Positions 1 through 12,200 of a stretch of 64,000 bases of DNA are shown here, one piece after another (position 1 is the first letter of the stretch; each line of letters opens with the position of its first letter). This DNA comes from Raillietiella orientalis. Taxonomy: Eukaryota. The stretch is from contig JAYWIR010000006.1 in NCBI GenBank assembly GCA_036172245.1, forward strand, positions 5,890,001-5,954,000, written 5' to 3'. A model generated the notes under the pieces. It had not been told where the DNA came from and did no database searches. It saw nothing but the letters and a program-made list of their open reading frames with translations. The position numbers and the translations under genes are program-made.

Positions 1-172
1 CCCGGCCGCTCCGGCAGCCGCGGAAAGGTCCGGAAACTCCCGGGAAAAGCGGCTCAGCGGGCGGGGTCGCCCCCGCCCCTGCTGTCGGGCCCTCCAGGCC
101 CCTCCGGTAGCCTCCTCCCCCTTTCCCTTCAGAACTCCGGAGGTGAGCGCACGCCGCCGCAGCCGGCGCGGG

Positions 173-245
173 ATGCTGCTCGTCTGGACCAACGTGTGCG
201 CCGTCCTCCTGGCGCTGTCGTCCTTCGCCTCCGGAAGCAACCTCG
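173..245 (+). CDS. eva-1: eva-1 coding exon 1 (signal peptide)
   Basis: ATG at 173, hydrophobic signal peptide, donor G|GTGAGT at 246. Phase 1 matches the acceptor at 24433. Confidence 0.75.
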
Positions 246-3200
246 GTGAGTCCTCCGAACTCCGGGAGGGAGGGCGGTACATTGCTGGAGGGGCAGCGGT
301 AGCCAGTTTTTTTGCTTTTTTTTTTTAACCCACAGGAGAGTCCGGAATGACTTCCGAGGTCATCCCGTCCTTCCGCTTCCGGGAGAGGGGAGAATGGGCT
401 CGCCTGAAGGGAGACGATAGGGGAAAGAGAAGCGCGCGCGCCACCTCCGAGTCGGGACTGCCTCTTTCCAGCCTCCTGGCAACCCCTGCGGGAAGCGAAT
501 GCCGGAAGTCCCCCCGCGGGCAACCCGCTCCCGATGCGCTCTCGGTGAGCATCGCCCAGCGCTTGTTGCCGCGGCGACCGCGCGAAGGCGGATGGCGAGA
601 AGGGAAAGGGGCGTGGGGGCTACGCTTCCCCAGGTGGTCACACAGGCAGCCTTCTCCCCTTTCCACGGAGACGCCCTGGTTTCGGATCTCCAAAGCAGAA
701 AGGCGCGGAGAGACGCTATCCCCACTTCGTTTGCCGGATCCGGAGTCAGGCATGGACCAGACCTGTTACGCGGAAACCCCCAGATGTCATCCCGCGGGCA
801 CCATTCTACCTTCGCGATCTGCCGGGCCGCCCTTCGCTACTTCGAAGCCGTCGTGGCGCCTTCCCACTCGAGATCAATTCTGAGGGAGTCAAGGGTCATG
901 AGCTCGCTCGGTTCATCCGAGCCAAAAATCGCCTCAGGACATTGTTGATTCAGGCCGCCAGCAGAAAGGTTGAAGTCGCTGGACCCCAGGAGTCGGTCGG
1001 AAGCCTCTCCCCCCTCTTCCCCGGCAGTTTGTGCTAAGGAACCCCGCTCATGGCGACGGCCGCGCATGGTTTCCTCTCTGTCTCCTGGCGACGCAGTCGC
1101 GCGCGCGCCAGCGCTCCTGTCGACTCTCCTCTCTATCGGTTGCTAGGGAACAGACGGAGCGACCCTCCCTTTCCGTGTCTTCGGGTGCCTGCGAGTTCCA
1201 GCATGGAGGACCCCCGGGAACAAGGAGAGGAGGAAGGAAAAAAATCTCCCAGAGGAGAAGTGCGTTTCCCTGGAGACCGAAGCTTCCCTTAGTTCCCTTC
1301 ACGCGACGTCCCCGTTTTCTTATCGCACGCCTCCGCAGGTTGCATCGATCTTTCGCGGAAGGTACATGCAGCCTCCATCCTCCCCCCGCCCCAGCCTGCT
1401 GGGGACCGGTTGCTGTGGAGACTGTGCAACCCAGACAGAGACATGCAGGGTCACCACTTGAACACCGCGGCGAGGATAGTCGTGGCTTCTTGAAGGGAAT
1501 CTCGTAGGCACGCTCCCGCGCGCGCCCTTGGCCTTCCCAAGCCCGAGGTCGCTGTCGGCGAGGTGCGGTTCCTTCCGCATTCCCGGTGGAACCTCTGGGA
1601 GCGCTCTGCTGCCCCTTAGCACGCCGCCTCACTCCACGAAGGCGCTATCACCTCGAACCTTCCCGAAGAGGTCCGCCTGATGGCGGTGGGCGAGGAACGT
1701 CCCCGTCGGTATTGAAGAGGGCAGCAGCAGAGTCTTTTGCGGACACCTGCAAGTGTCGCAGCTCCGCTTCGCTGGGTGTCGCGAAGGGAATCCTCGCAAG
1801 GGACGGGGCTCGGATATGGTCCGGCCATCGGGTACTCCCCGATTGCCTCCCAGTGAGCCGCTGGAGCGCTTCCGCAAGAACCAAGGACCTCCTCTACGAG
1901 TCCGCCTCGTCCTCTTTTCCTGAGAAGATCGTCCTCACCGCAGCTTTCATCCTTTCCCGGGAAAAGGAAAGTGGAGGGCAACGCCACACTCCTTCCGCGG
2001 GCTGCTCCTCGACACGGAAGAAGCACGCAAGAGAAAGAGGTCCCTTAGGGATGGGTGGACAATCCACTCCAGTCTTAATGTCGCTGTTAAAGAGTCAGCA
2101 GCGACTGAAGCTGCTAGAATCATTCCCGAACTTGTCAGATCGTTTACTGGTTGGTGGCAAAAAGACGGAGAAGCAGCCTCTTTCTGCAACTGGACCTGGT
2201 AGAAGAAGAGAAAAAAGGAAAGAAATACATTTCGCTAGTGGGCGGCTTGCGTAGCTAACCGTAAGATGGAAGCCCTCAGCTTCTGCAAGGAGAGCGACTT
2301 GCAACCGACCCTCCGCTCCGGTTTCGTGACGTGACGTCAGCGTGCTCGGTTGGCGTGGCGACCAACAATGCAATCTAAAAATACACAGTGAGCGACCGTC
2401 TGTCTCCAAGTCCGCCATTGCATCGCAACGCAGAGAGGCGGCGGGCGGGCGGCCTTCGAGTCGCTCGCCCTGTAGGAGCGGATGGCTTCATCGTACGATC
2501 CGTGAGCGGCTTGAGAGGGCATGACGAGAAAAACGAGAAAGAAAGACATGCCAACGGCCTCGTGGGCCTCACAAGCTCAGGAACACTGGGGGCACGGAAA
2601 CAGGTTGGTCAGGTTCTCTTGGTCAAAGCCGTCTGAGGAATTTCGCTGCCGCAGCATCGAGGAAGAGCAAGTGGGCCAACCGCAAGAACCCATGACAGGG
2701 AAAGACATCGCTGCTGGGCAAAAATGAAGACGTGGTTTTTTTCTTGTTGACGCGAGGGGTCGGCCGCACAAGGAGTCCAAACTGTCTCCGAAGGCTGTAC
2801 AAGAATTCCCCCGCTCTTTGGGAAAAATCTTCGGCAACGAAATCAGAATCCTGTGGCCTGCTTGGCTCTTGAAGCGAAAGCTGACCCATGGAACCGTTCC
2901 TCTTTGCGTGAGATAGATTTCGAAATTCCTGGAACCTAAGCCGCTGAGAAAGAATGGGAGCTTGCGAACCTTGGCAGCCGCATCCCGGGACAACTGTGTG
3001 ACCCAAAACATCTGCGCTTTTTATATGTGGACTCTCCAATGAGCCAAGTCTTCCGGGCCCGTAGGGATCTCATGAGAGGCTCTTGGATTAAGTGACGTCC
3101 GTCGAATGCAAACCAGCAGCCACCTCATTCTATTCCTTTCCGCTTTCCTTTCCCTGAGCGCGAGTTGGGGGAAATCGTGCATGCCTCTGGGTTGAAAAGG

Positions 3201-6200
3201 GAGGGATGAATTTGGAGAGGCAGCCTTTAGGCCAACAGTCCTTGGAAATGCAAAACGCTGCCGTAGGCACCGAAAACTCCGTCGTATTCTTTGGACACCG
3301 AGATCGAGACTATTTGGCTCCTGACGAAACCCAGGCGCCCCATTCAGGGTGCGGGGGCTTCGAGCGAGGATTTGCCGGAAGGAGGGAGCAGTCCGAATTT
3401 GCTTCTCCACTGTCTGCTGGTCCATGCGACCCGCCAGCAGCAGGCGAAACGGACACCTAGTGAGGTCGCTTGCCCCCGTCGGTCAGCAGCCCTAAATCGG
3501 ATCTGCCGAACCAGCTTGTCTCTCCTTCCACATGCCCCCTCCACCCCACCAGCGAGCGACCTTCAAGTGATACTGCCCGCGGTGAGGCCGAGGAAACTCC
3601 GGAATCGGGTCCTCGACGGCTACGCCCTCTGGACAGATGGAGAAGCAGGAGGGTTGGCTCTTCCCGTCTCATCGACAGCCCGTCTTAGCCCTTCCGGAAG
3701 TGCAGCAGAACCGCTGGCTGCGACGTGACCCGCCATCTGCGATGCGGACTCGGAGCGCGTCCGATAACTCACAACATCCAATTCTACCTCGGCAACTCAA
3801 GGTCACAGTCTGGAAGCGACAACCAGTCTGGGAGCGATAACCGAATCGTGGCTAATCCTGGGGGATTTTCCGCATGTCACGTCTCCCGGTTCCCTCGGAG
3901 GGGATCCTCTTAAAGGGAGTTGCCTCCAATTGGCATTTTCTTCTTCCGTGACTAGGTAAATCCTCACACCCCTCTCTCTTGTGTCGCCCGCCCCCGTCCT
4001 CGGCTCCCGGGAGAAGGAGGGAAGAAGGAAACCGGAAAGGAAAAAAAAAAAAAAAATCCCGCCTCTCCTTTTTCCTGGCCTGGGAGTTTCCCCGGTGCTT
4101 TGCTTCGCGTCGCCTCAAAAATCCCAGTTGGCAAAGTGGCGGGCGACATGTGCAGAACGCAGCGGCAGCGGAGAGATCGGAGGTCCCCCGCCGGTGCCTC
4201 CGACGAGGCAGCAGCAGCACTTGGCTCGCGTGGTCATCTAGCGTCTATCACGGGGGGAGGAGGGGGGCAAGACATAAAAAAGGGACACTTCGCGTGCGCA
4301 CTTCCGGCAATCGCGGCCAGGCCGCTTGCTCACGAGGACTCTGCATTTTTATCTTCTTTTCTTTATTCATTTTTTTTTTTTTTTGCGTGCAGAGCTGGGC
4401 TTCCCCGAATCTGCAGGCTTGCCAATTAGCCTCCCATGATTTACTCTGTACATAAATCCCGCTGCAGTCTGGAGATGAGGTGCGTGTGCCCCTGGTAATC
4501 GCATCTGTATTGCCGATGCATCGACTTATCCGTGCACATCGCTTCCCACCTATTTCTTTTTAGCGCGGTGTGGGAATCAATTTATCCTGTTGGCTTCCTG
4601 CCCACTGTCATTCCACGCCGGTTATAGTCCTGGTTGATTCTCTATCTTGTGCACGCACTTTCGAAAATCACATTTTCCAAAAGTCGTTTCCGGAAGCTCC
4701 TTCTGTTCCCTTCGACATCTGCTCTCCGGGTTTCCCCTTGTTGTTGTTGGTGGTTGTTGGTGGTCTTTTTCTTGTGCTCGGCCGACGGGGCATTGTTCCC
4801 TCTTGGGATTCCGTGCTCGCCTTGCATCGGATCCGTTTGTCTGTTCGAGGTCGGCTTTGCCCGAAGAGCTCTTCCTCAACCTTTCTCTTCCGCTTCCTTT
4901 TCCACCAGGGCTGCCACGGTTCCTCAACTTGTCAAAGCCAAAAAAAAAAAAAACTCACCGACGAACGACTAGGGAAGCGTTGCTGTTTTGCCCGCTGCTT
5001 TCCTTTGGTGGTGACTCTGCGGGATGACGAGGAGCGGTGACGCCACGACACCATCCCTCGGATTCCTTCGGACCGAAAAGAATGGCGCCAATGCTGCGGA
5101 TGACGCGACAATTTTCGGGGATGCCATTTTAATTCTTTTTTTGCGTTTCGTTGGTCAGTGCTTGGGGGAGGTCGGCAATCTCCGCTTCCAGTTGGCACCT
5201 GCAGCGAGCGCCACTCGCCCACCTCGGCTCTGGCAAGCGCCGGAAAGCAGTGCGCCCCTGGAAACCAGCGCCCTTCTTCCTGGCGAGAGTGGCATCCTTG
5301 CCTGAGATGCGTAAGAGATGGGGTGATTAACTGAGATGCCATCTCAAATCGGAACCTTCGTAGAGGGCGCTTTCAGAAGAGCAGCTGTGTTATTTTAGAC
5401 TCCGGGCGCGTCTCGGGTGAAGCACCCTACTTAATCGCCTGAAGTTCTTTCAGGGAATGAAACGGTCTTCTCGAAATTACAGCAGGGATGGGGACGTTTT
5501 CCTCGATGCGCTTCTGGGGAGGGAGCTTGCTCAGGCGGTCCCGGCTAGTTCGGGTCCGACCGATGGAATCCTCTGCCACTCGACGGTCGCCGCTGCGACA
5601 CGCGAAGGAGGGAGGGGAAGCCTCTGGCGCTCCCACGCAACGCGGCGACGCTAGCCTCACGTTTCCAGAATCAGGAACGGGCCAGGAATCAAGGGTGGCA
5701 GCCTCATTTCTGCGCGGAGAACGCTGCGAGCGAGACGCGCTGGGCTCCCGTCCTAGAAAGCCCACGCGCGACCGCCCATTTCACCGTCTGTGGCTTCCTT
5801 TCGATTTCACCCGGGCGAGCGGGAATGTCTTGCAGTAAATTTTTCACGGTTTCTGCCTCGCGTTGCGCAACCGGGAGCGCGCGCGCTCATCTTTCAGTGG
5901 ACCTCGCCGTTGCTCCGATGCGCTTTCGTTTTTATTTTCATTCTCGAAGTTTTTTTTTTTTTTGTTCATTTCGGCCTTTTTTCTCCTGAGCTGCCACTAC
6001 CGGCGTGCCCTCTGGGAGCTCCGGCAGAGTTTTCCTGGATGCAGTCAGTCCTGGAGGAAATCCGCAGTGGTCAATGGTAAAACTCGCCGCAAGCCATGAG
6101 GAACATGCCGGGAAAGTGGTCAGCAGCTTTACCCCTCCCTCCAGAAAAAAAAAGGGAAGATATTGCTGAAACATTTCTTTCTGGTTCCCGAGAAAAAAGT

Positions 6201-9200
6201 TTCAAAACCGATTTCCCTTTCCCACCGGCGGAAACTTTCCCTCTGACACGGTTGCACAGGAGACAGGAGCATGTCCGGATGGGGAAAGCGTGGCCGAGTG
6301 TTTCTGAGAGCCAACCCGTCAGGGGGCGCGCCTGCCTGCTCGCTCTCTTGCTGCGCCCGAATGCGACGGCACCTCGGGCGCCACCGGCCTCGGGGTTTCC
6401 CGCCCCGAGACCAGAGGTGTCCGTCGGTACCTCGTGGCAGGTTCTTCAAAGGACGCGGCGCGACCCAGCCATGCGCTCCATGTAATTGATGGCGTTTTAA
6501 AACACCCATAAAATAGACAGACACGTTGCTTTCCGCCTCTTCTTCTTCTTCTTCTTCTTCCTGTTCTCCGCAGGCCTTCGACTCGGCCTGCAATCTGGAA
6601 AAGCTCGGAATGGGTGTGGGGGATACCAGAGAGCGAGCGCTCGAAGAGGAAACACGGAGTTCACGACGCGACCGCCACCTCCCGTGCCGGGAGCAGCGAC
6701 TCCCGAGGTGGATCCGTCGTGGCTTTCCGGACGAATCAGACCATCGAACGGGGGGGAAATGTGGAGCGAAATTGTTGTGGCGTAGTCCTTCACCGCCGAT
6801 GACGTTCCGGAGCACTAAAATTCACTCGAGTGTTCCTTTTAAATAAATCTTCCTGGGAAGGACCTTTCCAGAAGCGTGGATAATGCAAAGAGAAATGGGA
6901 TCACGTCAAGGGAGGAAAGGAATACGCACGCAGACAGATTTGTTCCCCCACCAAACCCCGAGGATTAGAGGAACCTGCTTCTACACGGGACTGCATCTAT
7001 AGGAGGGCTGAGCACGCGTCATTAATGGCGGCGGTGGCACCATCGCCCCGGTGACGTATGCCTGCTCTCATGTTTGTGTGAGCGCTTAGTCATCATCATC
7101 ACTCAACTTTCAACAAGTTTAGGATTTCGGACGAGGATGTTGCTCATCGGGGGCGCTGCATTCGCTTGCCGACGAGGGGTGTTGGGTTCGAATCCGCAAG
7201 CCACCCGGCTCGAATGCCCGCGGGGTGTTCCGCGCCGGGAAGGCGCTCGTTGGCCGACCGACGGGGTGGGAGAAAAAAAAAAATCTCCAGGAGCGATCCG
7301 ACCTTCCGGAACGTCCGGCGCCACGCGACCTTCGTCATGGAGGCCGCGAACTCCGGAAAGAAGACCTGCATGCGGGATCGTGAGGCGAATGAAATGTGCG
7401 CCTCCTGCTTCCCCGGACGCCCTCGGGCGTTCATCTTGCAATCCACTTCCTGCCGCGGCAAGTGCCACTATCGTCCAGCGATGCCACGACCCATCCAATA
7501 ACAAAAACTGGGGGGCTTCATCTTCTCCCCATTCGAGCCTCTCTCCCTCCCGTCATCCCCCCCTCCACTCCCAGTTTACATCCTGAACGACCCTTACTAT
7601 CGGCATTCGGTCAGTTGAATCAAGAGTCATTAACAGCCACCTGCACACCCGAATCTCTATCCTTTCAATGGAGATTTTCTGCTCCTTCTTTCACCCCTAT
7701 TTTCACAACCGGAGAATGCTAGGGCTCCCTGATCCCAGGAAAGACAGTCAACGGGAGAGTCCGATGCTGTGACCGAATAGGCCAACTGGCTCCGCTCTGT
7801 GAGTGGGACTGCAACCTGCGACTAACTCCCTCCCTGTTCTCGACCTCAGTCCTTCCTCGGGAGAGATTCGATGATGAGCCATCATCCGGAGGAAGGAAAC
7901 CCGCGAAAGCGGGTGAGGTTAGGCCGGCGGCCGTCGCACCAGTATGACCAGGAAGAAGCAGCACCGTTTTCGACACCGGGACGTAGGGCCAGGACTCTCC
8001 CCAGCCGCGCGTATGCCAACGCGGGCGATGCGGAGGTCGCCAGATTCCACCCTTCTTGGCCTGTCGATCCTGGCTTCATACGCACGCCTCTTCGTATCCC
8101 ATCGTGAATCCCTGCCGTGATTCCTTCCATCTCTTCAGTCGCCTCATCCCGAAAGGAACCCCATGCCTCTGACCTTCCTCTAAGAAACAACAAGACAGCG
8201 CCACTTTCCCCACGAACCAAGGCCAGCGGCGCTGTTGGCCACATCCCCACTGCGCCGCCCTTCCCCTCGACCCCACACCAGATAACGAAAACCGCTGAGG
8301 GTACCTGCCTTGCGGAGCCGGCGGAGTCCCAACGCTGATCGCGCCCGGTCGCTCCCGTCCTGCGCGCTCACGAGCGCTGCTGGTAGCCTTCCGAACCCGG
8401 GGCAAGAATTTCCAACTCCTCCTCGACGTGACCACTTGAGCTGCCTTCCCGTGGGCACAAGTGGGAGACCGCGCGGCTGCGGCCTCCAGGCATCGCGGGT
8501 TCGAATCCCCTCCCGGAGTGAAGGGGTCGACGCAGAGAAATCGGGGGATGCGTCGTGGGTTTTGGGTTCTCCTCCCCCCCACGGGATGGCGCTGATTGGT
8601 CCCTTCGCATTATAGGAAGCCCCCGTTGACTGACCTCCGGGATCGGAGATCGACCTCCGGGATTCCTTCCAGGAAACAGAATCAAGGAGTGGGATTTCCC
8701 CTCCGGTTGTGCAAAGAGGACCCCCAGTTTGGGGGAGACCCTCCATGGAGCTAGCTGATGCCTCTCCAGAGTGCAGGAAGCGCACCGCTTCCTTCGGGAA
8801 GCGCTCTTCAGAGAAAACTGGGAAGCATCCCTTCGGGGTTCTCTTCAGAGGGGGAAACAAGAGGAGTGGGCTCTTCCGGGGTTCCCTTCGCAGTTCCCCT
8901 CCCAGGCGTTGGAGGAACGGACTCCTTCTTCCGGAGCCCTTTCGAATCCACAGGGTGGTCCCTACGGGAATGCCTCTTAACTGGAAGAGGCAAGACGCGT
9001 CCCCATGTGGCATGGAACGGTGTTAAGGTCCACCAGCTCCGTGGCGCGAGAAGGGAGGGACATAGGGAGGAGAGACCCTCCCTACGTCCCTACCCTCCCT
9101 ACGCGGAGGATAGGGACGGTTCTGTCGGCACCACCGAGGGAGAGCTCCGGAGGGAACCGAAGGGTGGAGGACGCGGGGACGTTCCTTGAACTTTCGGAAG

Positions 9201-12200
9201 CGTGGGAAGGAAGGCCGAAGGGTAAAAAGGGAACCAAAGGACCGATGAGAACCGAAGGCTAGGAAGGCCGGCCATCTTTAAACGTCGGTCCTCCGTCCGT
9301 CGCGAATCGCCATGCCGCTGCTTCTGTCCTCCACCATCGTTCGAGCGTCGGTGTCATCGGAGCCCACCTCCAACAGCGGCTCTCAGATTCCCTCCGAACG
9401 GGAAGCGAAGCCTCCGTTCGGCGGTTCGGAATCCTCCGGAATGAAGGGAGGCGGGAGGCAAGAGAGGACGAAACCTCCCTCTCCTTCTTTTCCCGCTCGC
9501 GCCTGCGCAGAAGACAAACTCCTCGGCCGCCCGAAAGCGCAGAGCCGTGAAATAGGGAGCCCTGGATGTGATGGCACCAACGAGCGGGAGAGTTCGTGAC
9601 AACTCCGAGCTGCTACCTCTCCCCCCCTCTCTCCCCTCCTCGCGAAAGTGGGGAAGAGAAGCCTTCCTGGTGGACTTTCAGTCGTAACGTTCCCTTCCTG
9701 TTGCACCGAAGGGGGGTTCTTCGGACTCCCTGAACTCGGAGGGCACCTTTACCCGCTCGGAGAACCAGGAACACCCTGGGAGCTCCCCAGACGCGACCGG
9801 GACTCAAGCGTCCCGCGACTTCCGCTCTCCCTCTCTCGCGCGCCGCCGCCGCCGCCGCCTCTCGCGTTCTATTTTTAGCTCCTGTCCTGCGAAGGTGGTG
9901 TCTCCGTCTTCCTCGAGGAGGAGTCGTTTCCCCCCCCCCCTGCCTCCCTCCCCCCCTGGTTTGGCCAACGTATATCATCCGGGCATGACACCTGGAGCGC
10001 GCCGGCGAGCTCCGGATCGACGTCTGTGGGGCGACGCGCGCGACGGAAGCGCCGACGCGGAGTGCTCCATAAACAAGGCGTTTTTATCTTCTGATGGTTT
10101 TATGATTCGAGATGCGGCGAGCTCCATCTGATGACTCACCGGGTAATGTGTGTTATAAATAGACAGGAGGTTTGAGAGGGAGAGAAGGGGGAGAGGCCTT
10201 GGCTAAGGCGAATTTTCGAATCTACGCGCTCCCTCGCCGTTCAATCCCAGAGGCTGGGTTTCAGGCACCACCGTGTTTTTTATTTTCTATCCCCCCCCCC
10301 TTTCACGCGGGAGGGAGGAGAGCACTCGAAAGCCACCGGTGCCATCTCGAGACGTGCGGAATCTTCCAAGGAGGCAGGGGCGCGCCCACTGGTCGCTCTG
10401 GCGAGCTCCGCTTTCTGTCCGGCGTGCCTGGAGTCAGAAAGCGGCGTCGTGGCCTTTGCTCGCCGGCAGGGGTGAGTGGGGGTAGGAGGATCGGCCCTGC
10501 CCTGAGATTTTACTCCGTCCTGGAGCCGGGAGCCATCTGGTGAGACGTCTGGGAGGGGCCTGAGAACAGCGTGCAAACAGAACTGAGGAGGCTTCCAACG
10601 GGTGGTGCCCTTTCAGATTAATGATGGTCGGGTCGCCGCTGCCTCTCTCCCCCCGCGGTCCGGGTCGGTGCTCGCAGCAACCCTGTGTCGTTCCTTCGCC
10701 CTGGAGGAGCGGGAGGGCGCACGCCTCGGCCTTGCCGGTTTCCGGCTGCGGAGCGCCCCCTTCCTCCCCGACCTTGAGCGAGGCGCCGCTCCCAGGGACG
10801 GTTTCGAGCCCCCCGGGATGAGACGTCGGCGAGAAGGGTGGGGCCGATCACGAAACCGACACCGACCGGAAAAACCGCCCCCTCCGGCCACGTGACCTCG
10901 TCTCCGCTTTCGTTCTTTTCCGCTCTCCGGGAAATCGCGCCCTGCTTCCAGGATTCCGAGGATGCCGCGACGGGCGCCTGCTGACCTTCTGTCAGTGGTC
11001 ACACCTTCGTGCTGCTTCGTGTTCCAGCGACGGGTGCGGGTGGGCGGTCCGAATGCCGAGTCTGGAGGGGCGGAGCGAGGGATGGCGCGAAATTCGGTCC
11101 GGGATCTCCACCCACAAACCTGCTGGCGTCAAGACCTGAGGAGAGGAATAGGTCCCCCTCCTCTTCCCCTTCATCGTTTCCCCTCTCCGGATGGCCGGGG
11201 AGCCGGGAACGAGGCGCCCCGGCTCACAGGCCAGCAGCGGCGACCAGCAGGAAGTTCGCCCTCCTGCAGCCTGAAGTGAGGTCTCCACTGAGACCCCCCA
11301 GGCTTCCTCGTCTCTCTCGGTTTCCTCCACCCCCTCTGAGTCTACCTCGAGGGGGCGAGCCCCTTCCGGTCCGGAAGCGCTCCGTTCCCGTGCTGTCCCC
11401 TCCCCTCTTCGGAATACGCCTCTGACAGGATCCGGTGGGCCCTCTGTCTGTGAGGGCTGCACTGGGCACGGCCTCTGGCGCGCGAACACGGGGGCACACG
11501 CGCGCGCGCACTCGCTTCTGGGGAAGGCGGAGTCGGAAGTGTGGCGCGGCGAAGTGGCATGCGAAGGTCGGCTGGAGGGAACGCGCGCCGCGGGAGGCGA
11601 ACTGGCGTCACCGTTGCCACCGCGGAATGAGCCATCAGCGGCCCTGACTCTCATGGGGGAAAGGGAGGGAAACCTAGCCAAAAGAACCACGTTCGATTCC
11701 CTACGAAAAAGAGCAAGAGAAATACTCTGAGGGCGTCTGTCTACTCTTGAATGGGAATGGAAAGAGAGCTCGATCAGAATTAGGCAAGTCGCTCTAGCTC
11801 CGGGCCGGGGCTCTGCGATGGAGCCTCGAGGTTTGCAGACGAGGTCGGCCCACAGACCCTTGCCGCGTTTCCCTCCAGCTTTCCCCCCTTCTGCTCCTGG
11901 CAAGCAGACCCAGGACTCCACCGCTCGCATGCTCCTGACCAGCATCCGAAGCTCCTTGACCCGCTGCCACCGGTGTCGGTTGCCCTCAGCCTTGCCAAGG
12001 GTCCACGCTCTCGGGTCGTCGCCTCTTTCACCGCGATCAGGCCGCCAATCCCCCACCACCAAAAAAAAAAACTGGCCGACTGGGGAGCAGGAAGGGTCAC
12101 TTTCGAAACGTTACCGCTTCGAAATTCCCCTCAGATTATCTCCTCTCCCCCCCCCCCTCCTTTCCACGGAGGCGTCCCGTCAGCGCGCTTTGGAGACGGA

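Noticed and set aside
3803..3841. Two 18-nt tandem units (cagtctggRagcgaYaac)
   Set aside because: Only two adjacent copies with no spacers. This is a local duplication, not a CRISPR array.
7185..7195. Isolated GGTTCGAATCC B-box (similar ones at ~51520 and ~63160)
   Set aside because: No accompanying tRNA structure or recognisable SINE body.
8445..8520. Possible functional tRNA gene
   Set aside because: It has A/B-box-like motifs but no convincing cloverleaf or anticodon arm, and it continues into a repeated body. Treated as a SINE head.
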